Shown: positions 1 through 6,987 of the stretch, in pieces
How positions within the stretch are numbered: position 1 is the first letter of the stretch
Layout of the letters: each line of letters opens with the position of its first letter
Sequence record: SRR2962707_1907
Strand: one strand, 5' to 3'
Length of the DNA: 32,492 nucleotides
Translations under genes and position numbers: made by a program
Notes under the pieces: generated by a model
Seen by the model: the letters and a program-made list of their open reading frames with translations, nothing else
Told to the model about the DNA's origin: nothing
Database searches by the model: none

Positions 1-186
1 GGTGCCGTTGGAGACGCCGGCTTCTTCGGCGAGGGTGTTGAGGGCCAGGTCGCCGACGCCGGCGCGGGCGTAGATGCGCAGGGCGGCGTCCAGCAGCTGC
101 CGCCGGGTGCGGGCTTTCTTCTTGTGGCCCCGGGTGAGGGTGCTGGCCGGGGCTTTACGGGTGCCGGGCGTCGCTTTTTTTGCCAT
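1..186 (-). CDS. TetR/AcrR family transcriptional regulator (N-terminal part; runs off the window edge)
   Basis: Manual translation from ATG at 186: MAKKATPGTRKAPASTLTRGHKKKARTRRQLLDAALRIYARAGVGDLALNTLAEEAGVSNGT, a typical TetR HTH. Absent from the ORF track because it is truncated. Confidence 0.9.
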   Translation of the reverse strand, partial: MAKKATPGTRKAPASTLTRGHKKKARTRRQLLDAALRIYARAGVGDLALNTLAEEAGVSNGT

Positions 187-268
187 GAGACCGTTCCAAC
201 CGTGGGCTTGGGTGGCGTCATGATACTGGGAAAAGCTCAATATTGAGAGTCCTTCATCATAAGCGCCT

Positions 269-1858
269 TTAGGCAGCCGTCAGTGCCTTAAGGCAGTCCT
301 CGACGATGCGTTCCGCGTGGTGGGCCGGGCCGTCGTGGAGGATGACGCGGTCCGGGCGGCAGACCACCAGGGTGCCCCGGGAGGGGCCGTTGGCCAGGCA
401 GCCGGAGAGGTCCTCGGCGAAGGGGGTGTCGGTGGCCGGGTGTTCGCCGCGCAGGCCGATGCGCAGGAAGGCGCCGCCGTGGGCTTGCCAGCGGGCCCGG
501 GTCGCGTCGTCCAGGGCTTCGCGGGGGTCGACGCCGAAGCCGATCAGGGTGAGGTGGTCGCCCAGCACGTCGTCGCTGGGGCGGATATGGCCGTCGTGGC
601 GGACCAGGCCCTGGGCCAGGGTGGCGCCTCGGGTGACGCCCTTGCGGCCGCGGCCCTTGATCAGAAAGCCTTGGCGGAAGCGGTTGGGCGGTTTGATTTC
701 CAGTTCTTCGAGCTGGCGGCGTAGCCGGGGCACCAGACGGCCCAGGCGCATGGCGCCGTGCACGGTGATGGCCGTGAAGCGGCTGCGGGGCATGACCAGG
801 CTGCCCATGAGCTTGGCCAGACCGATCATCTTCTTGGCGTGGGGGCGGCGTTCCTTGTCGTAGCTGTCGAGCAGGGCCGGGGCGGCCTGGCCGTGGACCA
901 CCCAGGCCAGTTTCCAGCCCAGGTTGGCCACGTCGCGCAGGCCGGCCACCAGGCCCTGGCCGACGAAGGGCGGGGTGATGTGGGCGGCGTCGCCGGCGAG
1001 AAACACCCGCCCCTGCTGGAAGGTGGTGCAGCAGCGGGCGTGGAAGCGGTACACCGCCTTGCGCTCGATCACCAGGCCTTCCGGGGCGACCCAGGGGGCC
1101 AGCAGTTCGGCGACTTTTTCGGGGCGCTCCATGTCCTCGTGGGTTTCGCCGGGCTGGAGCATGAATTCCCAGCGTTCCCGACCGCCCGGGGCGGGCATGT
1201 GCGGGGTGGGCCGCCGGGTGTCGCAGAGAAATTCCACGTGGTCGATGGCTTTGCCTTCGCGGGCCTTGGCGTCGACGATCAGCCAATCTTCGGGGTAGGT
1301 CTCGCCCTGGAAGTCCTGGCCGATCAGGCCACGGACGGTGGAGCTGGCGCCGTCCGCGCCCACCAGGTAGCACGCGCTGACCTCGTGGCGGCGGCCGTCG
1401 CTGTCCTTAAGGTGCGCCGTCACGCCGCTCTCAGTCTGGTCGAGGTCCACCAGCTCATACCCATCGCGGAAGGTCACGTCGGGATAAGCGGCCACCTGCC
1501 GCCGCAGGGCCCGCTCCAGGTCCGGCTGGTAGAACGTCACCAGCTTGGGGTGGCCATCGAGGGTGCCGGACGTGTTGGCCCGGCCGAACTGGCCCAGGTA
1601 GGGGCAGTGCATTTTCACTTCCGGGATGGCGATGCGTTCGAAGGCCTCTTCGCCCAGCCCGATCATTTGCAGGATGCGCAGGGCCTCGTTGTCCAGGGCG
1701 ATGGCGCGGGGCGCCAGCATCACCTCCGCCACCTTGTCCACCACCAGGGTGGTCACGCCGTAGCGGCCCAGTAGCGCGCAGAGCGCGGCGCCCACCGGCC
1801 CGTAGCCGATTACCAGCACGTCCGTGGTCCGGGGCAGAGCCTCTTTGTTGTTCGTCAT
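269..1858 (-). CDS. FAD-dependent aromatic monooxygenase, MhpA-like (3-(3-hydroxyphenyl)propionate hydroxylase family)
   Basis: Rossmann motif VIGYGPVG, LVGADGASS, and GDAAHITPPFVGQG-x-x-x-GLRD. Start set at ATG 1858, downstream of a GGTGAG RBS; alternatives are 1864 and 1873. Confidence 0.88.
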   Translation of the reverse strand: MTNNKEALPRTTDVLVIGYGPVGAALCALLGRYGVTTLVVDKVAEVMLAPRAIALDNEALRILQMIGLGEEAFERIAIPEVKMHCPYLGQFGRANTSGTLDGHPKLVTFYQPDLERALRRQVAAYPDVTFRDGYELVDLDQTESGVTAHLKDSDGRRHEVSACYLVGADGASSTVRGLIGQDFQGETYPEDWLIVDAKAREGKAIDHVEFLCDTRRPTPHMPAPGGRERWEFMLQPGETHEDMERPEKVAELLAPWVAPEGLVIERKAVYRFHARCCTTFQQGRVFLAGDAAHITPPFVGQGLVAGLRDVANLGWKLAWVVHGQAAPALLDSYDKERRPHAKKMIGLAKLMGSLVMPRSRFTAITVHGAMRLGRLVPRLRRQLEELEIKPPNRFRQGFLIKGRGRKGVTRGATLAQGLVRHDGHIRPSDDVLGDHLTLIGFGVDPREALDDATRARWQAHGGAFLRIGLRGEHPATDTPFAEDLSGCLANGPSRGTLVVCRPDRVILHDGPAHHAERIVEDCLKALTAA

Positions 1859-1942
1859 CGCCATCTCACCCATTCACAAAAAGACGGGCGGGCCGGCTGC
1901 GCGGCCGGTGATCCACCCTGGGAAGCGGTCTTTGTATCTTTT

Positions 1943-1978
1943 ATTGACATTTATTTCAATATTGAATCTAATCTCAAT
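1943..1978. promoter_or_regulatory. Tandem palindromic operators ATTGA-N8-TCAAT in the divergent promoter region (putative TetR sites)
   Basis: ATTGACATTTATTTCAAT (1943-1960) directly followed by ATTGAATCTAATCTCAAT (1961-1978), containing TTGACA at 1944-1949. The junction palindrome TCAATATTGA recurs upstream of the TetR gene at 237-246. Confidence 0.65.
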
Positions 1979-2032
1979 TATACGAGCCGGCAAGGGGCTC
2001 GCCATCAATGACAACAACGGAAGAGGTGCGTC

Positions 2033-2998
2033 ATGACCTTCGCGGCCCAACCCAAACGCGACCTGACGGCGGAGGAGATCCGCGCGTTTCAGGAAGACGG
2101 CGTGATCATGCTCAAGCAGGTTCTTGAGCCGAACTGGATGGCCATGGTGGAGGCCGGCATCGAACAGGCGCGCCAGGAAAGCTCGCTGCTGGGCCGGTTT
2201 ATGTCGCGCAAGGTCGAGGGCTATCAGATGGACATCTTTCTGTGGAAGCGCATCGATATCCTGCGTGACTTGATCTATTACAGCCCCTGCGCGCACCTGG
2301 CGCGGCAGTTGATGGGCGCCGAGGAAGTGCGCTTTTTCTACGACCAGATGTTCGTCAAGGAACCGGGCACCGACGCGCCCACGCCCTGGCATCAGGATTT
2401 GAGCTTCTGGCCGATACGCGGCGAGCAGATTTGTTCGTTCTGGATTCCCTGCGACCCGGTGAACCGGGACAACAGCGGCCTGCTCTACGTGCGCGGTTCT
2501 CACCGCTGGCCGCAGCGTTTTAAAGCTATTTCGCCGGACTATGTGGCCAGCATCATCGACGAGGACATGGAAGATATCCCCGACATCAACGCCAACCCGG
2601 ACCAGTACGATTTGGTCGATTGGGACATGGAGCCGGGGGACATTCTCGCTTTCCACCCGCTGACGCTGCACGGCTCCTACGGCAATGCGTCCCGCACCCG
2701 CCGCCGGCGCGCGCTGGCGCTGCGCTGGACCGGCGATGACGTGGTCTACGCGCCGTCCAGCAAACGGATGCCGATTCATTACAAGCACGAGTCGGTAGCG
2801 GGCGGGCCGCTGCGTGGTGCCGCCTTCCCGCGCATTCTGCCGGAGCAGGTGCCTCGCGAGCGGGCGGCCCGGTTGCAGGCGGAACGGGCCGACGCCGGCA
2901 AGCTGCTGGCCTCGGGCTGGCACAATGCGGTGGCGGCCGCGCGCCAGACCTTGCGCGCCAAGAAAACGCCCACGCCGAAACAAACCTGGACGAGGTAA
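2033..2998 (+). CDS. Phytanoyl-CoA dioxygenase (PhyH) family Fe(II)/2-oxoglutarate dioxygenase
   Basis: KEPG...TPWHQD (HxD), distal TLHGS histidine and RRALALRW; GAGGT RBS. Confidence 0.88.
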   Translation: MTFAAQPKRDLTAEEIRAFQEDGVIMLKQVLEPNWMAMVEAGIEQARQESSLLGRFMSRKVEGYQMDIFLWKRIDILRDLIYYSPCAHLARQLMGAEEVRFFYDQMFVKEPGTDAPTPWHQDLSFWPIRGEQICSFWIPCDPVNRDNSGLLYVRGSHRWPQRFKAISPDYVASIIDEDMEDIPDINANPDQYDLVDWDMEPGDILAFHPLTLHGSYGNASRTRRRRALALRWTGDDVVYAPSSKRMPIHYKHESVAGGPLRGAAFPRILPEQVPRERAARLQAERADAGKLLASGWHNAVAAARQTLRAKKTPTPKQTWTR

Positions 2999-3003
2999 GC
3001 CCC

Positions 3004-4077
3004 ATGGCCGAACTGACCACCCCGCAACCGGCGCGGCATCCGTCGCCGACGGTGAAGGCGCGCAAGCTGGCCTACCTGCTGTTCGAGCGGCCCGATCTGG
3101 AGAAAACCGAGGGCTTCCTCAATGACTTTGGCCTGCACACGGTGTCGCGTTCGTCAGAAGCGCTCTACCTGCGTGGCACCGCCCCCGAGCCGTTCTGCTA
3201 CCGCGTGGCCAAGGGGGACGACGCGGGCTTTGTCGGGATCGGTTTCGAGGTGGGCACGCGCCAGGAGCTGGAGCGGCTCAGCCAACTGCCGGACGCATCA
3301 CCGATCCAGCCGGCGGACTACCCCGGCGGCGGCGAGCGGGTGCGCCTGACCGACCCGTCCGGCTTCACGGTGGAGGCGATCCACGGGCAAACGCCGGCGG
3401 CACCCCTGCCCCACCGGGATGCGCTACCGATCAACTTCCCCGAGCAACAGACCCGTGTGAATGACACCCAGCGCCCGCCGGTGGCGCCGCCGGAGGTGAT
3501 GCGTCTCGGCCATGTGGTGTTGGAGGTGGCGGACTTTCAGGCTACGTGCGGCTGGTACACGCAGCACTTCGGCCTGATTCCCAGTGACGTGCAGGTGCTG
3601 CCGGACGGTTCGCCGGCGGTGGTATTCCTGCGCCTGGATCTGGGCGACACGCCGGCGGATCACCACACCCTCGCCATGGCCCAGGGTTTCATGCCGCTGT
3701 ACAGCCACAGCGCCTATGAGGTGGTCGACACCGACGCGGTGGGCATGGGCCAGCGTCTGCTCAAGGAGCGCGGCTGGAAACACGCCTGGGGCATCGGCCG
3801 GCACGTGCTCGGCAGCCAGATCTTCGATTACTGGGAGGACCCCTGGGCGGCCAAGCATGAGCACTACTGCGATGGTGACGTGTTCACCGCCGAGCGGCCC
3901 ATGGGCGTGCACCCGGTGAGCCGGGAAGCCATGGCCCAGTGGGGCCAGCCCATGCCGGCCAGCTTCACCAAACCCAAACTCACGCCGGCTGCACTCCGCG
4001 AGCTGACGCGTAATCTGCGCCGCAGCCCGGACCTGTCGGTGAAAAAACTGATCACCCTCGCCAAGATATTTGGCTGA
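3004..4077 (+). CDS. VOC/glyoxalase-family extradiol ring-cleavage dioxygenase
   Basis: Two VOC modules; LGHVVL, DHHTL, HSAYE, WGIGRHVLGSQIFDYWEDP...EHYCDGD. Confidence 0.85.
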   Translation: MAELTTPQPARHPSPTVKARKLAYLLFERPDLEKTEGFLNDFGLHTVSRSSEALYLRGTAPEPFCYRVAKGDDAGFVGIGFEVGTRQELERLSQLPDASPIQPADYPGGGERVRLTDPSGFTVEAIHGQTPAAPLPHRDALPINFPEQQTRVNDTQRPPVAPPEVMRLGHVVLEVADFQATCGWYTQHFGLIPSDVQVLPDGSPAVVFLRLDLGDTPADHHTLAMAQGFMPLYSHSAYEVVDTDAVGMGQRLLKERGWKHAWGIGRHVLGSQIFDYWEDPWAAKHEHYCDGDVFTAERPMGVHPVSREAMAQWGQPMPASFTKPKLTPAALRELTRNLRRSPDLSVKKLITLAKIFG

Positions 4078-4091
4078 TAGGAGAAAAGAAT

Positions 4092-5048
4092 ATGGCACTG
4101 CACCTTGTCCGCTTCCAACACCAGGACCAGCCCCGTTGGGGCCTGCTGGAAGGCACGACTATCAAGCCGCTGAATCTGCCCTGCACCACCACCGCCGCGC
4201 TGATTGAACAGAGCCATGAGGCGATCCGGGCGGCGGCCGGCGATGGCGCCGAGCTGGCGCTGGAGAGCGCCAGCCTGTTGTCACCGATCACCGGCGAGGC
4301 CAAGGTGCTCTGCCAGGGCGCCAATTATCGCCAGCACATGATCGACTCCGGCATGAACCCGGACGATAAAAGCTTCAACATGTTCTTCACCAAATCCCCG
4401 GCGTCGATCACCGGCCCCGCCGGCGAGATCGTCAAGCCCGCCCACGTGCAGCTGCTGGATTACGAGGTCGAACTGACCCTGGTGCTGGGCAAGCAAACAG
4501 ACGGGCCGGTGGAGGTCACCGCCAACAACCTGCACGACTTCGTGGCGGGCATCTGCATTGGCAACGACGTCTCCGCCCGGGACGTGCAGATTCCCCAGAT
4601 GCAGTTTCACAAGGGCAAGAGCTACCGCACCTTCTGCCCGCTGGGGCCGGTGCTGTGCCTGCTGGAAAAAAACGAGATGCACTACCTGGACGAGATGCAG
4701 CTGAAGCTGACGGTGAACGGCGAAACCCGGCAGCAGGACAGCACCGCGAACCTGGTGTTCAAACCGGCCGAGACCCTCAGCGAGTATTCCCTGATTCACG
4801 ATTTCGCCCCGGGCGACGTGCTGATGACGGGCACCCCCGCCGGCTGCGCCCTGGGCCTGCCCAGCCCGGCGGTGACCAAGGTGGCCGCCTTGCTGCCCGA
4901 ATCAAAAAAATGGCAGCTTTTCATTAAGTCACAAAAGCGCCGCCAGCAGTATCTTCAGGCCGGGGATGTGGTGGAATCCACCATCACCAGCCGCGATCAG
5001 CAGCTGGACCTGGGTAAGCAACGTCATACCATTAAAGACGGGGCCTGA
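4092..5048 (+). CDS. Fumarylacetoacetate hydrolase family protein
   Basis: GANY, LDYEVEL, NDVSARD, GKS...PLGP and GDVLMTGTPAG motifs. Confidence 0.92.
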   Translation: MALHLVRFQHQDQPRWGLLEGTTIKPLNLPCTTTAALIEQSHEAIRAAAGDGAELALESASLLSPITGEAKVLCQGANYRQHMIDSGMNPDDKSFNMFFTKSPASITGPAGEIVKPAHVQLLDYEVELTLVLGKQTDGPVEVTANNLHDFVAGICIGNDVSARDVQIPQMQFHKGKSYRTFCPLGPVLCLLEKNEMHYLDEMQLKLTVNGETRQQDSTANLVFKPAETLSEYSLIHDFAPGDVLMTGTPAGCALGLPSPAVTKVAALLPESKKWQLFIKSQKRRQQYLQAGDVVESTITSRDQQLDLGKQRHTIKDGA

Positions 5049-5099
5049 GCAGGCCCCGTTCACGGCCACCTCAGCACGCAGCGACCGCAAGGAGAAAAG

Positions 5100-6134
5100 A
5101 TGAAGGCTTTTACCATCGTCGATCAGAGCACCGGCACGCTGCGCCCCAACGAGATGCCAGCGCCGCCGGCCCCAGCCGAGGACCAGGTGCAGCTTGAGCT
5201 GATCGGCACCTCCATCAACCCCATCGATCCACTGGTGGCCAAGGGCTATGGCGCGCCGCTGCTCAACACCAAACGGCAAGTGCCCCTGATCCCGGGCCGG
5301 GACGCGGTGGCCCGGGTGGTCGAGGTGGGCAAAGGCGTCACCGACCTGCGGCCGGGGCAGCGCGTGCTGGTGGCCGCCTCGCCACGCACCGGCGGCACCT
5401 ATGCGGCGGTCTTTAATCTGCCAAGAAAATGCGTGGCGCCCATCGAGGACAGCCTCAGCGACGCCACCGCCGCCGGCCTGGGCTACGCCGGGCTCACCGC
5501 CCTGCAGGCGCTGGCCGCCGCCGGCCTCTCCGCCGACAACGCCCGGGGCAAGACCCTGTGCATCAACGGCGCCAGCGGCGGCGTGGGCTCCATCGCCCTG
5601 GTGGTGGCTCGGCGCTGGGGCGCGACCATCACCGCCGTCGCCTCCCAACGCAACCAGGACTGGGTACGGCGACTGGGCGCCGACCAGACCGTGGACTATC
5701 GGGACGCAGCGGCCATGGCCGCCATCGACGCGGACATCATCCTCAACTTCGCCGCCCCCGGCGATAACCACCGGCAAGACCCGCTGCTGGACCTCCTGCG
5801 CCGCCGCGACACCCCCGGCCGCGCCTACGTGAACACCACCAATCCGGTGCTCAGCTCGGTTACCGACAAGGGCGTGGTGGGCGGTCTTGCCACCAGCGGT
5901 GGGATCTACGCCAGGAAACGCCTGGCGGCACGCCGGGCGGGCATCCACTATCGCTGGGTGCTGTTCAAGGAAAACGCCGAACAATTGGCGTATCTGGCCA
6001 AGGTGTTCGCCGACCTGGGCACGCCGACCATCGTCAGCGACAGCTGGCCGCTTGATGCGCTGCCCGAGGCGTTCAACGATCCCAAGGGGCCGCCGTCTCC
6101 GGGGAAGGGGGTTTTTATGGTCAATGCGCCATGA
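5100..6134 (+). CDS. MDR-superfamily NAD(P)H-dependent oxidoreductase (quinone/enoyl reductase-like)
   Basis: SINPID, PGRD, GLTALQAL, INGASGGVG; no obvious catalytic Zn cysteine set; AAGGAG RBS. Confidence 0.85.
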   Translation: MKAFTIVDQSTGTLRPNEMPAPPAPAEDQVQLELIGTSINPIDPLVAKGYGAPLLNTKRQVPLIPGRDAVARVVEVGKGVTDLRPGQRVLVAASPRTGGTYAAVFNLPRKCVAPIEDSLSDATAAGLGYAGLTALQALAAAGLSADNARGKTLCINGASGGVGSIALVVARRWGATITAVASQRNQDWVRRLGADQTVDYRDAAAMAAIDADIILNFAAPGDNHRQDPLLDLLRRRDTPGRAYVNTTNPVLSSVTDKGVVGGLATSGGIYARKRLAARRAGIHYRWVLFKENAEQLAYLAKVFADLGTPTIVSDSWPLDALPEAFNDPKGPPSPGKGVFMVNAP

Positions 6135-6326
6135 GCCGGCTTGGTAACGCGGGGGAAAAAAATCAGCAGAGTGAGAGCGGTCAAACCTTACTCGTTGAGG
6201 CTGTGGTGACCGATTGCGCGCCGGACCTGCCGGCTGCCCCCCTGGCGAACTATCCGGATTTTCCGGATAACTGAATCCTCGGCCAGCTCCCCCTCTTTGA
6301 AGACGTTCTTCACTGTAATCAGCCAC

Positions 6327-6364
6327 ACTGACCATATTGACAGTACATCACACGAAGGTACACT
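6327..6364 (+). promoter_or_regulatory. Sigma70 promoter overlapped by a LexA (SOS) box
   Basis: TTGACA (6337-6342)-N16-TACACT (6359-6364). ACTG-ACCATATTGA-CAGT (6327-6344) fits CTG-N10-CAG and covers the -35. Confidence 0.7.
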
Positions 6365-6398
6365 TAGTTAAGGAGCCTAGAAACTCCAACAGGCGGGC

Positions 6399-6431
6399 AA
6401 AGCCGCACCCCGGAAGCATTGCGGCTTTTTT
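6399..6431 (+). terminator. Intrinsic terminator/attenuator in the symE leader
   Basis: AAAGCCGCA...TGCGGCTTTTTT stem with U tract, just after the first antisense target site. Confidence 0.65.
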
Positions 6432-6454
6432 GTGCCCGAAATCCGGGACGTAAT

Positions 6455-6536
6455 GGCCGGGAGGTCCGGCGAATACAACACCTGCTTGCAGGAAATAGTC
6501 GGAGCAGTACCTGTTGCTGTTTCTAGCCTCCCGACC
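6455..6536 (+). ncRNA. C4/CI-like (P1 C4, P4 CI type) antisense RNA
   Basis: Closing stem GGCCGGGAGG/CCTCCCGACC. Contains CCTGTTG (6510-6516) and GTTTCTAG (6519-6526), complementary to CTAGAAAC/CAACAGG upstream (6377-6393) and CTAGAAA/CAACAGG downstream (6553-6571). Confidence 0.7.
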
Positions 6537-6580
6537 GCCCTATTTACGCAACCTAGAAATTGCACAACAGGAGCAAGACC

Positions 6581-6781
6581 ATGAAACAACGCAAACTGAA
6601 AGTCCGCAAAGGCCACCGGGACTACACCCTGAAGAGCAAGCCTTGTAGCGGCAACCCGATTATTCCTTTTCTTCTTCTCAAAGGTACCTGGCTGGAACAG
6701 GCGGGATTCACCATTGATACGCCCCTGTCCGTGACCGTGGAGGATGGGCGGCTTTCCATTGTTCGGGATCGTTGTCGGTGA
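6581..6781 (+). CDS. symE: SymE-family type I toxin (66 aa)
   Basis: P-x-L-x-L-K-G-x-W-L-E-Q-A-G-F-x-I-x-x-P-L-x-V-x-V-E-x-G-x-L signature; CAGGAG RBS before ATG 6581. Confidence 0.85.
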   Translation: MKQRKLKVRKGHRDYTLKSKPCSGNPIIPFLLLKGTWLEQAGFTIDTPLSVTVEDGRLSIVRDRCR

Positions 6782-6861
6782 GGGGCTGGCCCCAGCTTTG
6801 CGCCGGGGCTTCTCGCGTCAGCGGGGTATGCAAAGGTAAGACCTAGCCCTCATTGCTTACA

Positions 6862-6936
6862 CTAGGATGCTTATATCTCGGCATTGCCCACCTCCTCTTG
6901 TTAGGAGAAGGTGTCCACTAAAGCGGGGGAACTACA
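6862..6936 (-). mobile_element. Truncated IS3-family left end (IRL plus first codons of orfA)
   Basis: Minus strand reads TGTAGTTCCCCCGCTTTAGTGGACACC (5'-TG, IS3-like IR), then a GAGGAGG RBS and ATG at 6884 (MPRYKHP), and the frame closes shortly after. It begins exactly where the attC left arm ends. Confidence 0.55.
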
Positions 6937-6962
6937 TTGTCCGGTGCAATGCATTGTTATGC
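6937..6962 (-). mobile_element. attC site of cassette 3, left arm only (truncated)
   Basis: Minus strand GCATAAC-AATGC-ATTGCACCGGACAA. The inverse core GCATAAC is the exact complement of the cassette-start core GTTATGC (10760-10754). No right arm follows. Confidence 0.7.
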
Positions 6963-6987
6963 CTTCTTGGCTGACATCTCGTGCAGA

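Noticed and set aside
4929-6335. 468-aa minus-strand ORF crossing the island boundary
   Set aside because: Antisense to the MDR reductase; no recognisable domain.
6377-6616. 79-aa minus-strand ORF over the symE leader (possible ash-like or antitoxin protein)
   Set aside because: Better explained by the C4-like RNA structure; no clear RBS or protein motif.
6831-6861. GGTAAGACCTAGCCCT, resembling motifs flanking some RAYT-like transposases, or a second IS end
   Set aside because: Single short degenerate copy with no associated transposase; cannot be supported.
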